Source: Candidatus Bathyarchaeota archaeon (GTDB lineage: Archaea > Thermoproteota > Bathyarchaeia > Bathyarchaeales > Bathycorpusculaceae). From it: a stretch of 64,000 bases of DNA. The translations under genes were made by a program, and so were the position numbers. The number at the start of each line of letters is the position of its first letter. Within the stretch, counting starts at the first letter, position 1. This document shows, piece by piece, positions 8,962 to 18,950 of this stretch. A model generated the notes under the pieces. It saw only the letters and a program-made list of their open reading frames with translations. It had not been told where the DNA came from and searched no databases. Location: NCBI GenBank assembly GCA_963782525.1, contig CAWAKC010000001.1, forward strand, positions 480,001 to 544,000, in the 5' to 3' direction.

Positions 8962-9900
8962 TTAATGTATTTGCATAACTTGTGTTGAAGAGTTCCAGGT
9001 GTCTTCTACAATCTGCGCTACTTCCCGTAACAACGAAGCTAACTTTTTACCTTTACCAGTTAACGCGTAGAGTTTTGGCGTTCTTCGAAGGAAAATTAGT
9101 TTTTTTCCCTTCAAAATACGAATGCACTTGTAAGTTCTTCTCACTGAAAGCCCTGTTTCTTTAGCAAGCTTTCCTGCCGAAGACCCTTCATCCGTTAGGG
9201 CATCGTAAACTTTTCGTTCAGAAACTGTAATCGTTTCTTTGTTTGGGTCACGTATTGTTTTGAAGTAAAACACGTAATCTCTTTCATCCGGGGTCTCTAT
9301 CAAGCCAACAGAGCGTAATCGTTTGAGGGTCCGCGAAGTACTCTTTGACGGAATAAGGGTTTCAATTTCTTCAAAGCTTTTGGGTGCTCCAAGCAGGTTT
9401 TGCAATAGGACTTCTTCGTAACATTCTGAGCGAGCGGGAAGTTTTTCGACAAATTCAGAGAAACCTTGCAACAACTCAGCTAATCGCCTCCCAAACATCG
9501 TGGTGCCGTATTCTTCTCGCACTTCCGTTGCTAAACCAACTCTGATTAAAGGCAGTAAATATTCTTCCCGGAAGCCTTGCGAACTATAGTTATAGCCTGT
9601 TTTTTTAAGAACACGCCGCAGTTGGGTAACTGAACATTTATCGTTCACAATTGTCTCCAGAACATAAAACCGTGTCTCATTTTTCAGAACATTGAAAAGT
9701 TCCTTCATGTAGTATGGGTTATTCATCGTTTCGCGCAGGTTTCTTAATTCGTTTTTTAGCTTGTACACTTGGCATCTGCTTATGCATTCAAGGGGTGTTG
9801 TTGGAGCACAGTTTTTGCATTCATCTTCAAGGGATTTCATCATTCCAGCTAAGGTCTGGGTGTTTTCTCCTTTCGGGCTTGATATTTGTACAGTTCCCAT
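8962..9900 (-). CDS. Putative DNA-binding protein with an N-terminal Cys4 motif and tandem wHTH domains
   Basis: CKNC-x6-C-x3-C; repeated HTH-like segments (TSRTLKRLRSVGLI; LAKETGLSVRRTYKCIRILKGKKLI...YALTGKG). Confidence 0.65.
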   Translation of the reverse strand: MGTVQISSPKGENTQTLAGMMKSLEDECKNCAPTTPLECISRCQVYKLKNELRNLRETMNNPYYMKELFNVLKNETRFYVLETIVNDKCSVTQLRRVLKKTGYNYSSQGFREEYLLPLIRVGLATEVREEYGTTMFGRRLAELLQGFSEFVEKLPARSECYEEVLLQNLLGAPKSFEEIETLIPSKSTSRTLKRLRSVGLIETPDERDYVFYFKTIRDPNKETITVSERKVYDALTDEGSSAGKLAKETGLSVRRTYKCIRILKGKKLIFLRRTPKLYALTGKGKKLASLLREVAQIVEDTWNSSTQVMQIH

Positions 9901-10016
9901 TTTTTTGTTCTCCTGCTTTTGTTTGCCCGTCCTGCTTTCTCTTTAAGCCTACATTGAATGAACCTAATTTCCAATACTGTGATTTCGAAGTGCAGGCGCA
10001 AGCAACTAATGTCCAA

Positions 10017-10403
10017 CTACGTTGAACACCTGCCCAGCCTCCGCAACCGGAAAGATAAGTTGGGAAGCTGGGCGTGTCCGAAGTTACTTTTAGTCTGGGG
10101 TTCTTTTGTTTGGGAGGAAACTATTGGGTCAAAATGGTTTTTCAAGCAATTCTTGTCTTTGGTTTTACTAGAAATTTTTGACGGCTGAGCCATCTGCTTG
10201 TACTTGAGGATGCCTATGTCAAACTGTTCAAATTCTGGTCGGCCGTTTGGAAGCCAAACTTCAAGGGTGTTCTTCTGGAATAAATCCCGTAGGTGCTGAG
10301 TGTCTTGCCCTCGTATTATTGGCTGGATAATCGTTTTTCCGTTCTCTTCGAAAACCATGACTGTTACGCATTTCAGTTTGGTTTCAGATACTGCAGAATT
10401 CAT
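10017..10403 (-). CDS. Hypothetical protein
   Basis: ATG ORF co-oriented with the downstream wHTH gene; no recognisable motif. Confidence 0.45.
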   Translation of the reverse strand: MNSAVSETKLKCVTVMVFEENGKTIIQPIIRGQDTQHLRDLFQKNTLEVWLPNGRPEFEQFDIGILKYKQMAQPSKISSKTKDKNCLKNHFDPIVSSQTKEPQTKSNFGHAQLPNLSFRLRRLGRCST

Positions 10404-10577
10404 TTGAAGAGCCTCAGACAGTTACATCTAAAGCACCTAAACCCATAAAACGGTTCTTGTAAAGATTTCTTGACACAAAAAAAATTGACAAAAAAAAATT
10501 TATTTTTTCCTGCTAAAGTCCATTAACAATCTTTTCTGTGGTTTTTTCCAGATAACTTATAATCTAATGAATTATAT

Positions 10578-11921
10578 TTGTTGAATAGGCGTATTTGGGT
10601 GTCGGATTCAGAGGAAGAAATCTACTCCGTAATGTTCAGTTCACTTAGGCATCCAGCCCGCCGCAAAATCCTCCGTATGCTTTCAGAAAGAAAAGTAACT
10701 TATTCTCAGATGCTTGAAGAGCTTGCCATAACGAGTTCTCATTTAACTTATCATTTAGAGAACCTTGGTGACCTGGTCATAAAGGATGAAAGCGGAAGAT
10801 ACGAACTTTCCAGCTTTGGCAAAGCAGCGCTTATCATGATGAGGGGCGCCGAAGAAGTCCCAGATACACAGTCCAAACATTTTTCAGCTTTACCCCTAAG
10901 ATGGAAGAGCCTCTACGCTTTTTTCACCATAGCCATCGTGCTATTGGCAAGTCTTTCAGTAATTGAATTTTCTTCATTCAACAAGCTATCAACCGACTAC
11001 AGTACTCTGCAAACCAACTATAACAGCATACAAGCACAGAACCAAAAGCTACTTCTGTCGAATACCTCAAATGACGCCGAACAAGCCAAAACCCTAATGA
11101 ACAGTGTACTACAAATTGATACTTCAAAGTATCAGATGACCCTAAAAGGTGATACCGTACAACATAGGACAGATTTAGGCGGCGTCATCGAAGAAATCTT
11201 GCAGTATTCATTAGTAAACAACTACAGCCGAATCGATTTAACCGTAAGGTTTAGGAACGGTCACTTTTCGTTGATTCAGATAAACCAGCTTGAAGGCGCA
11301 CCAAACTTCCCCTTGATTTACACTCAGCCACAGCCAACAGACGTCTTCCAAGCTTGCCAAGGATTACTTGACAGATACAAAGCAGCTTTCAAAGATTCCT
11401 ACATGGACCAGATTGATACTCTCATGGCCTCGGCGAACAGCAATTCAAGCGGCCAAACTTTTGGAGATGCGAAGCTTCAGTTTTCAGCCTACAACAATTA
11501 CGCCGATGTTCTATTGATGTACTCATATAACGGAACTGATTTCCAAGCAAAAAGCCTCCATCTTTCATATCAAAACAAAATACTAACTGAATTCAGCGAC
11601 GACTGGTTCCTATTCAAAGTTGGAAGCACCCAAATTAACATCTCTAAAGACCAAGCTGTGTTAATAGCGAAAAACGCGGCAAAAAGCTATTCTTGGACCG
11701 CAGACGGAATGCAAGTAACCAACTTCCAAGTGTTAGATAACCCAGTATCAGCGCAGTTTTATCCAAAACCCAGTGACACCGACGTTTTTACATTGTACCC
11801 ATACTGGTATGTAACATTGTATCTGGATAAAACTTATCCTAATGGAGTTACCCAAATAGCTGTAGGAGTTTGGGCAGACTCAGGACAAGTTTCAAGCATT
11901 CAAGCCCTAGCAACATCATAG
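10578..11921 (+). CDS. ArsR-type wHTH + TM helix + extracellular domain (membrane-anchored regulator)
   Basis: LRHPARRKIL...HLTYHLENL wHTH, single TM near residue 112-132, coiled segment, long sequon-bearing C-terminal domain; start may be GTG 10599. Confidence 0.8.
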   Translation: MLNRRIWVSDSEEEIYSVMFSSLRHPARRKILRMLSERKVTYSQMLEELAITSSHLTYHLENLGDLVIKDESGRYELSSFGKAALIMMRGAEEVPDTQSKHFSALPLRWKSLYAFFTIAIVLLASLSVIEFSSFNKLSTDYSTLQTNYNSIQAQNQKLLLSNTSNDAEQAKTLMNSVLQIDTSKYQMTLKGDTVQHRTDLGGVIEEILQYSLVNNYSRIDLTVRFRNGHFSLIQINQLEGAPNFPLIYTQPQPTDVFQACQGLLDRYKAAFKDSYMDQIDTLMASANSNSSGQTFGDAKLQFSAYNNYADVLLMYSYNGTDFQAKSLHLSYQNKILTEFSDDWFLFKVGSTQINISKDQAVLIAKNAAKSYSWTADGMQVTNFQVLDNPVSAQFYPKPSDTDVFTLYPYWYVTLYLDKTYPNGVTQIAVGVWADSGQVSSIQALATS

Positions 11922-11999
11922 GACTATAATCGACGTCGGGATGAGTGAAGTTAAGTTTATATCACGTTATAATGCAGTACTTCTTAGATGTGAAATTCA

Positions 12000-12365
12000 T
12001 TGAATAGACGTATGAATCCTCGAGAGCAAAAACGCATGATGCAGCGTATGGGCATGAACATGGACTCTGTCGCAGATGTCCAACAAGTCATAATCCGAAC
12101 CGCAAACAAAGACATTGTTATAGATGAACCCGAGGTTGCTATTCTCCAAGTTCAAGGACAAAAGATGTATCAGGTTATCGGCGGCCAAGTCAGCGAGCAA
12201 GCGCCATCACAGAGGGGAGCAGCAGCGGTTGCAGCGCCATTATTCTCCGAAGAAGACGTGCAGTTGGTGGCTGATCAAACGGGCAAAAGCTTGGAAAAAG
12301 CAAAAGAAGCCCTCCAAGAATGCGGTGGCGACCTAGCAAAAGCTATTTTGTTGCTCCAATCCTAA
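12000..12365 (+). CDS. nac: Nascent polypeptide-associated complex protein
   Basis: MNPREQKRMMQRMG, C-terminal UBA-like EEDVQLVADQT...GDLAKAIL. Confidence 0.93.
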   Translation: MNRRMNPREQKRMMQRMGMNMDSVADVQQVIIRTANKDIVIDEPEVAILQVQGQKMYQVIGGQVSEQAPSQRGAAAVAAPLFSEEDVQLVADQTGKSLEKAKEALQECGGDLAKAILLLQS

Positions 12366-12541
12366 TTTTTCAATTATTTTTTTAACTCATTTTTCTTGAA
12401 CAAAATGCTTACGGCGGGAGCTTTGTAAGCAAAAGAGTTTGGTCACATTCAACAGCGACTTGGCTGTTTCTTTAGAAAAAGTTATAGCGTAGGCACACAT
12501 TAAGCCATAACTAAATCAATTAATTGGATGGTTAACGTTTA

Positions 12542-13627
12542 ATGACTGAAATTCGCGTAGCACTCATAGGCGTTGGCAACAGCGCATCAGCCCTCATTCA
12601 AGGAACCCAATACTACAAGAACGCTAAAGAAACTGAAACTGTTCCCGGGCTCATGCATGTGAACTACGGCGGCTACCACATCAGCGACATAAAATTCGTT
12701 GCTGCATTTGAAGTTAACAAAGACAAAATCGGCAAAGACCTCTCCGAAGCCATCTGGGTAAAACCGAACTGCTGCGAAAAATTCGCCGACGTTCCCAACC
12801 TCGGCGTCAAAGTTTCACCCGCCCCAATCATGGACGGCGCCGCACCCCATATGCGGGAAACCTTCAATGTCTATGACGACAGCAAAACCCCCAAAGACAG
12901 CGTCGTCAAAATCCTCAAGGAAGCCAAAGCACAAATTCTCGTCAACTACCTTCCAGTCGGCAGCCACGACGCAGTACGCTTCTACGCCCAATGCGCCATC
13001 GACGCGGGATGTGCGTTTGTGAATTGCATGCCTGAATTCATCGGGTCCGACGCCTCCAAAGAATGGCCCAAAAAATTCGAAGCTGCAGGGTTGCCAGTTT
13101 TGGGCGATGACATCAAAAGCCAAGTTGGCGCAACGATTTTACACCGTACACTTATCAGACTTTGCCTAGACCGCGGCGCCATCGTGGATGAAACTTACCA
13201 GTTAAACCTCGGTGGAGACACAGACTTCCAGAACATGACAGTCGAAAACCGCCTAACATCTAAACGTATCAGCAAAACCGAAGCAGTCACAAGCCTCGTT
13301 CCCTACGCTCTGCCAACAAGAATCGGACCCTCAGATTTCGTGCCTTTCCTAAAGAACAAGAAAATATGCTACTTATCAATCAAAACCCGAGCGTTCGGCG
13401 ACCGGCCCATAACCATCAGTGCAAAACTCGAAGTGGAAGACTCACCCAACAGCGCTGGCGTAGTCATAGACCTTATCCGCGCCGCCAAAATCGCCCTAGA
13501 CCGCAAAATCTCAGGCACACTCATAAGCATGCCCAGTTACGCGTTTAAGCATCCGCCTGTTCAGGTGCCAGACTCAGAAGCCAGACAATGGACAGAAGAT
13601 TGGATAGCCGGCAAACGCGAACGCTAA
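12542..13627 (+). CDS. ino1: Inositol-3-phosphate synthase
   Basis: GVGNSAS, NYLPVGS, GDDIKSQVGAT, DSPNSAG motifs. Confidence 0.93.
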   Translation: MTEIRVALIGVGNSASALIQGTQYYKNAKETETVPGLMHVNYGGYHISDIKFVAAFEVNKDKIGKDLSEAIWVKPNCCEKFADVPNLGVKVSPAPIMDGAAPHMRETFNVYDDSKTPKDSVVKILKEAKAQILVNYLPVGSHDAVRFYAQCAIDAGCAFVNCMPEFIGSDASKEWPKKFEAAGLPVLGDDIKSQVGATILHRTLIRLCLDRGAIVDETYQLNLGGDTDFQNMTVENRLTSKRISKTEAVTSLVPYALPTRIGPSDFVPFLKNKKICYLSIKTRAFGDRPITISAKLEVEDSPNSAGVVIDLIRAAKIALDRKISGTLISMPSYAFKHPPVQVPDSEARQWTEDWIAGKRER

Positions 13628-13708
13628 AAAACTTTTTTTCTCTTCATTAATCCTTTTATGTATGATTCCATTCTGGATACTAGTCTAAATTAAAGAAGGT
13701 TCAAGTGC

Positions 13709-14125
13709 ATGGTAAAAGTTGAAGCATACGAAGTGCCTGAAGGCCTTTATTACTCTAAAGATTTTGAATGGATAAAAATTGAAGGAGACAAAATCCGCAT
13801 GGGCATCACCGACTACGCCCAAAAATCCCTGCGCGAAATCGTCTACGCCGAGTTGCCGAGCGCCGGCTCCGAGGTAAAGCAGAATGAGCCCTATGGAACC
13901 CTTGAATCCGTCAAAGCTGTCTCAGACCTCGTCGCTCCAATAAGCGGGTCCATAGAGGAAGTCAACGATGAAGTCCAATCTAAACCTGAAACCTTAAACG
14001 AAGACCCCTACGGAAAAGGCTGGTTAATCATCGTCAAACCCTCCAACCTGCAAGCGGAACTTGCCAACCTAATGGACTTTAACAAAGCCGTTGAATGGCA
14101 TAAAGCCCAATCACAATCCAAATAA
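13709..14125 (+). CDS. gcvH: Glycine cleavage H-like lipoyl carrier protein
   Basis: GITDYAQ, ESVKAVSD lipoyl-Lys, NEDPYGKGW. Confidence 0.9.
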   Translation: MVKVEAYEVPEGLYYSKDFEWIKIEGDKIRMGITDYAQKSLREIVYAELPSAGSEVKQNEPYGTLESVKAVSDLVAPISGSIEEVNDEVQSKPETLNEDPYGKGWLIIVKPSNLQAELANLMDFNKAVEWHKAQSQSK

Positions 14126-14135
14126 GGTGACTTAG

Positions 14136-15482
14136 ATGGCGCGACGCGTAATCGTTATAGGCGCAAACGCTGCAGGTGTAGAAGCTGCCTCAGCCGCACG
14201 CAAAAAAGACCGCACAGCCGAAATCACCCTCATAACCAACGAGAAAAACGCAGGATACTCCCGATGTGGCTTACCTTTTGTCATTGGTGGGCAGATTGCG
14301 AATTTTAAGGACCTGATTGTTTATCCACCTGCTTATTTCCAGATGCTCAAGCTTAACTTGCGCAGCGAAACCAAAGCTACGGCAATTAACACCAAAGAAA
14401 AAACCGTAACCATCGCCACCAAAGAAGGCACAACCGAGGTTTTACCCTTCGACAGCCTCGTAATTGCCACAGGCGCAGACTCGTTCATGCCACCGATTAA
14501 GGGCAAAGAAAAACCCGGCATCCTCAGCCTCCGAGGCATAGAAGATGGCGAAAAAATTGACGCCGCCGTTAAGGCAGGCTCCAAATCAGCCGTCATAATG
14601 GGTGCAGGATTAATCGGTTTAGAAGTTGGCGTCGGCTTGATGGAAAGAGGCTTGAAAGTAACAATCGTAGAAATGTTGCCCCAGATACTGCCCCAACTTC
14701 TTGATGCGGACATGGCAAAAATGGTTCAAGAGCACCTGCAAGAAAAAGGCATGACCATACTCACAAGCAAAGGAGTCGAAGAATTCCTAGGTGAAAACAA
14801 AGTTACTGCGGTTATGGCTGGCGGAGAAAAAATTGGAGCCGACTTATTCATCAGCGCCTTCGGAGTCCGAGCTAACACCAAACTCGCCGTCAACGCAGGC
14901 ATACCCTTGGGTGAAACCCACGCAATCAAGACCAACGGCAGAATGGAAACCGACATAAAAGACATCTATGCGGTCGGCGACTGTGCTGAAACCCCAAACA
15001 TCATAACCCACAAACCCACCTGCGCACAACTCGGCACCATCGCTGTTCGCCAGGGTAAGGTTGCAGGTGCAAATGCGGGAGGCGACTACAGCCAGTTCAG
15101 CGGCGTTTTAGCTTCAGCGGTGACCATGCTCTTTGAGATCCAAGCTGGCAACACAGGCTTAACCGAAACCGCTGCAGCACGCAATCGCATAGAGGTTGTT
15201 ACAGGAACGATAAGCAGCAAGACAAAAGCAGATTATTTCCCAGGCGCCAAACCCATCAAAGTCAAACTCGTCGTTGAAAAAGAATCTCAACGCATAGTCG
15301 GTGGACAAGTCATCGGTGGAGAAGAAGTCACCCAACGCATAAACTGTCTATCCTTCGCCATCCAAAAAGGCATGACCGTCCGCGAACTCGCCAAAGCCGA
15401 CACCGCATATGCGCCACCACTTTGCGAAACATGGGAACCTATGGTCTTAGCAGCTGAAATGGTCCTCATGAAACTGCGTTAA
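14136..15482 (+). CDS. FAD-dependent pyridine nucleotide-disulfide oxidoreductase (CoA-disulfide reductase/NADH oxidase family)
   Basis: Single redox Cys YSRCGLP, GAGLIG, AVGDC, AYAPP. Confidence 0.85.
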   Translation: MARRVIVIGANAAGVEAASAARKKDRTAEITLITNEKNAGYSRCGLPFVIGGQIANFKDLIVYPPAYFQMLKLNLRSETKATAINTKEKTVTIATKEGTTEVLPFDSLVIATGADSFMPPIKGKEKPGILSLRGIEDGEKIDAAVKAGSKSAVIMGAGLIGLEVGVGLMERGLKVTIVEMLPQILPQLLDADMAKMVQEHLQEKGMTILTSKGVEEFLGENKVTAVMAGGEKIGADLFISAFGVRANTKLAVNAGIPLGETHAIKTNGRMETDIKDIYAVGDCAETPNIITHKPTCAQLGTIAVRQGKVAGANAGGDYSQFSGVLASAVTMLFEIQAGNTGLTETAAARNRIEVVTGTISSKTKADYFPGAKPIKVKLVVEKESQRIVGGQVIGGEEVTQRINCLSFAIQKGMTVRELAKADTAYAPPLCETWEPMVLAAEMVLMKLR

Positions 15483-15639
15483 GCAGTTCCCAAACCTTTC
15501 TTCTTTCTTTAACTTTTAAGCACTAAAAAGCAACATACTAATTACCGGTTTTTCGCCAATTCTGACTTATCACTCTTAGGGTGTAGCAAAATTATAAGAG
15601 GAACTGCAGGTACATTTACTTGGTTATCGGTGAAGTGTT

Positions 15640-16002
15640 ATGGACGTAGCTGTCTCTTATGAGCCATTTCAAGAAATTGTGATTATGGAGAAAACCCGTT
15701 TCAACAGCCCTGAAGAAATTGCGCGGTTCACCTCAGTGATTGCGGGCGGCAAGTTGGCTGGGTTGTATTGGGTTGATGGCGTGGTTTTTCTGTATTTTCC
15801 GTTGACGGCTTCGACGACGATTGTTGCGAAGGAGCTACTCGAGAAGCACAAGGTTTACTGGACGTTTGTTGGGTTTGCGATGATGCCTAAGTATATGCAG
15901 ATTATCGAGACGAAGGAGAAGATGATTGTGCCCGTCGTTGAGATCACGTCGGATCCGATTCTCAAGTCGGTTGCTCACTGGTTGAAAGAACTCAAAGAGT
16001 AA
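15640..16002 (+). CDS. Hypothetical protein
   Basis: Clean ATG ORF with GGTGA RBS; 'LYWVDGVVF' and 'IVPVVEI' motifs. Confidence 0.7.
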   Translation: MDVAVSYEPFQEIVIMEKTRFNSPEEIARFTSVIAGGKLAGLYWVDGVVFLYFPLTASTTIVAKELLEKHKVYWTFVGFAMMPKYMQIIETKEKMIVPVVEITSDPILKSVAHWLKELKE

Positions 16003-16024
16003 GCCCATTTTTGAAGGCACAGTT

Positions 16025-16411
16025 TTGCCGCCAATAGTTTTTGTGGGCACAGTTTTTTCTGGCAAAGGCGAAGGAAAAAAATTCATCGGTTTACCCTGGG
16101 TTAAAAGCCAAATCAAAGAAAAACTCGGTTTTTCTCCTTATGCAGGAACCTTGAACATTCGCTTGAATTTGGAGAGCGTTGGAAAAAAAATTTTGCTTGG
16201 AAATGAAGGGGCAATTTGGATTGAGCCTCAAACGGGTTATTGCCCAGGTGTAATGTTCAAAGCGCAAAAAGGCGATTTAGATGTTGCAGTTGTGGTTCCG
16301 AAAATTCCCAATTATCCAAGCGATGTGTTGGAGGTTATCGCATCAGTTTGTCTGCGGGAGCGGCTGAAGTTGGTGGACGGCTGCGAAGTAGCTGTTTCGG
16401 TTAGTGTTTAG
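16025..16411 (+). CDS. ribK: CTP-dependent riboflavin kinase (no N-terminal HTH)
   Basis: GTVFSGKGEG, LGFSPYAGTLN, LEVIA..CLRERL. Confidence 0.88.
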   Translation: MPPIVFVGTVFSGKGEGKKFIGLPWVKSQIKEKLGFSPYAGTLNIRLNLESVGKKILLGNEGAIWIEPQTGYCPGVMFKAQKGDLDVAVVVPKIPNYPSDVLEVIASVCLRERLKLVDGCEVAVSVSV

Positions 16412-17900
16412 GGCCAGTTGTTTTTTTGAAGTTTTCCATGTATTCGGTTTCGCAGCCGGATTTTTTGAGGTAGGCGCCGTATGCTGAGAGTGCTTTCATG
16501 GCGCGTGCTGCGTCTTCGGGTGAGGAAAATGAGGGGACGCCGAGTTTGTCGAAGCGTGCGCGGGTGTAGAGGGCCATTTCTGTTTCGCCGATGTCGCACA
16601 TGACGATGGGTTTATGGTAGTTTTCGGCGACTTTGACTATGCCGTCGATATAGACTTCTCTTAGTCCGGGCATATGGTGGAGCCCAAGCAAGATTATACC
16701 GTTTACGGCGGGGTCTTGGAACATTAGATCCGCTGCCATGACGAACATGTCGTCGATTACGGATCCAGTGAGGTCTACGGGGTTTGAGGTAGCTGCGATT
16801 TTTAGAATGATATTTTGGTCTTTGAGTTCCTGGAACTTCTGCAACGTTTCCTCAGAGAAGCGGTCCACTGTTAGGCCCAAGGCTTCGCATTCGTCCACGG
16901 TCATAACACCGGGTCCGCCTGCGTCAGTTAAAATGCCGATGTTCTTGCCCATAGCTGGAGGCTGCATGGCTAAGGCTTTGCCGATGTCAAAGAACTCCTC
17001 CATGTCGCGTGCCCTGATGATTCCGCCCTGCTGGAACGCTGCATCGTAGATTTTGTCAGAGCCAGCAATGGCGCCTGTGTGGGATGCTGCAGCTCTTGCA
17101 CCTGCCGCACTTCTACCTGACTTGATGATGACTATGGGTTTTTTGCATGTAACCTTCTTTGCGATTTTAAGGAATTCTCGTCCTCTGGTAACATCTTCCA
17201 GATAGACAAGAATAACTTTGGTTTCTTTGTCATGGAGCAGGTAGTGGAGGATGTCGGATTCGGTTACGTCGCATTTGTTGCCGAAACTCACGAATTTGCT
17301 GACACCCATCTGGCGCCCAGTCAAGTAGTCTAATGCGGCGACGCCGAAGGCTCCGCTCTGCGTAATCATAGCAATGTTGCCTGGCATTGGTCGGGGTGTA
17401 GCAATGACTTCTTCGCCGGTGGTCAACACTTTGGTTTCGGGCAAAAACAAGGTGTCGATCCCCGTTTTTGAGTAGTAAACTCCAAGGCAGTTGGGTCCTA
17501 AAACTCGGATTCCGCCCTTCGCTGCGGCGGCGACGACTTGGTCTTCGAGTTCTTTGTTGCCCACTTCCTTAAAGCCTGAACTGATGATGATGGCTGTCTT
17601 CACTTTCTTAGTCACTGCCTCCTCCATAATCGAAGGCACAACCTTGGCGGGCACAATAACGACAATTAATTCAACATCGCCGGGAATTTGCGTGATGGAT
17701 TGGAAGCATTTGAAACCAAGGATGGAGTCTTCGCCCGGGTTAACGGGGTACAAATCACCTTTAAAGACGCCTCGGTCCTTGTTTACAGCGAAGTTCTTGA
17801 AGATGACATGTCCAGCTTTGTCGACTTTTTTTGTGGCGCCGACTACCGCGACTGAGTGAGGGTTGAAGAATGCATCCATCTTCTGAAGTGTCTCTTCCAT
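16401..17900 (-). CDS. acdA: Acyl-CoA synthetase (ADP-forming) alpha subunit
   Basis: SVAVVGA, LGPNCLG, QSGA, ASHTGA phospho-His, NPVDLTG. Confidence 0.88.
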   Translation of the reverse strand: MEETLQKMDAFFNPHSVAVVGATKKVDKAGHVIFKNFAVNKDRGVFKGDLYPVNPGEDSILGFKCFQSITQIPGDVELIVVIVPAKVVPSIMEEAVTKKVKTAIIISSGFKEVGNKELEDQVVAAAAKGGIRVLGPNCLGVYYSKTGIDTLFLPETKVLTTGEEVIATPRPMPGNIAMITQSGAFGVAALDYLTGRQMGVSKFVSFGNKCDVTESDILHYLLHDKETKVILVYLEDVTRGREFLKIAKKVTCKKPIVIIKSGRSAAGARAAASHTGAIAGSDKIYDAAFQQGGIIRARDMEEFFDIGKALAMQPPAMGKNIGILTDAGGPGVMTVDECEALGLTVDRFSEETLQKFQELKDQNIILKIAATSNPVDLTGSVIDDMFVMAADLMFQDPAVNGIILLGLHHMPGLREVYIDGIVKVAENYHKPIVMCDIGETEMALYTRARFDKLGVPSFSSPEDAARAMKALSAYGAYLKKSGCETEYMENFKKTTGPKH

Positions 17901-18010
17901 AACTTATCCATCCATTCCGCTAAAGGCTACAAACCCCGTTTTTATGTGTTGCTACCCAGATAGGCCCGTTTTGTTTAACTGATTATTTATTTTCTGCTGT
18001 ATTAACCTTG

Positions 18011-18853
18011 TTAACGTATTTTTCGCACGATAACTATGGGTTTATGGCGTATTGCCTCCAACATCTCCCAGGTCACATCGTTGACTTCTACACCGAACCT
18101 TGCTGCCATATCCCAAACCGTGGCGCCTGAACCTGGACCCCGCGCTTTGTCAGCAATGTTAGTTATTGTTAACGCTGTAGCCGCTGAAAGATTACAACCC
18201 GCCGCTGATAGGGGGGTGGAGCTTTTCTTGAGCTTGAGGATTCTGCCTACAAGATAAGTGGCGGTTGCTCCGAAAGAGTGGATGCCTTTGAGTGGATTGG
18301 GTCTTGGCGTGAAAAAGAAGTTGTGGAACTTGTAGGTTTTGTCGGTGTCTGCGATGATTACGCACACATTTTTCTGCAATCGCTGTCGGATTTGGGTTTG
18401 AATTTTCTGCGCGGGCTCATCTGGCTTGTTCAACGGTAAGCTAACGTATGAGTAGGGCAGGTTGGAGCCGTCGATTCCACCTTCTGAACCAAACATAAGC
18501 GCCTGCCAAAACCCAGCGTACTGCAGGGCGACCTGTTTGTGTCGGCTACCAGACTCTAAAGGATAATTTTGCAGTCTTTTCAGGAGACGCGGACCAAAAT
18601 TACAAAGAATTCCAAGGGGGTAACCCCAGATAGCGCGCATCCAGAAGCTTACCAGAACTTTCGCGGTCAAACCCGGCTTTACTTCGCTTTCGTCAACCAT
18701 GCAGCCCAGCGCTGTTGAAACCGCTTTTTCTGAAACCACAACGAAATCATTATCCAGAAGCTTCCCTTCGGCGGCAAAAAGGATCTTGCTGGTATAGTCG
18801 CTGTGGGGCTTCCAGTAATTGGTTGTGATTGCCAACGCTGTGTACTTGGTCAT
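18011..18853 (-). CDS. CofE-like (F420:gamma-glutamyl ligase family) protein
   Basis: VVVSEKAVS, GGIDGSN, VIIADTD, PIVIVR motifs; longer than a typical CofE. Confidence 0.7.
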   Translation of the reverse strand: MTKYTALAITTNYWKPHSDYTSKILFAAEGKLLDNDFVVVSEKAVSTALGCMVDESEVKPGLTAKVLVSFWMRAIWGYPLGILCNFGPRLLKRLQNYPLESGSRHKQVALQYAGFWQALMFGSEGGIDGSNLPYSYVSLPLNKPDEPAQKIQTQIRQRLQKNVCVIIADTDKTYKFHNFFFTPRPNPLKGIHSFGATATYLVGRILKLKKSSTPLSAAGCNLSAATALTITNIADKARGPGSGATVWDMAARFGVEVNDVTWEMLEAIRHKPIVIVRKIR

Positions 18854-18950
18854 TGATTAGGGCACGCTACAACTGCAAGGTTGGGTTTTGACCTAATAAA
18901 GGCTTAAGCCTAAATCACAAACCAACCAATTGAACAGAAGTTAGAGATAG

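Noticed and set aside
12542-13627. ino1 as evidence for mycothiol synthesis linked to the reductase at 43.4 kb
   Set aside because: Ino1 is explained by archaeal inositol lipid or solute synthesis, and no msh genes are present in the window.
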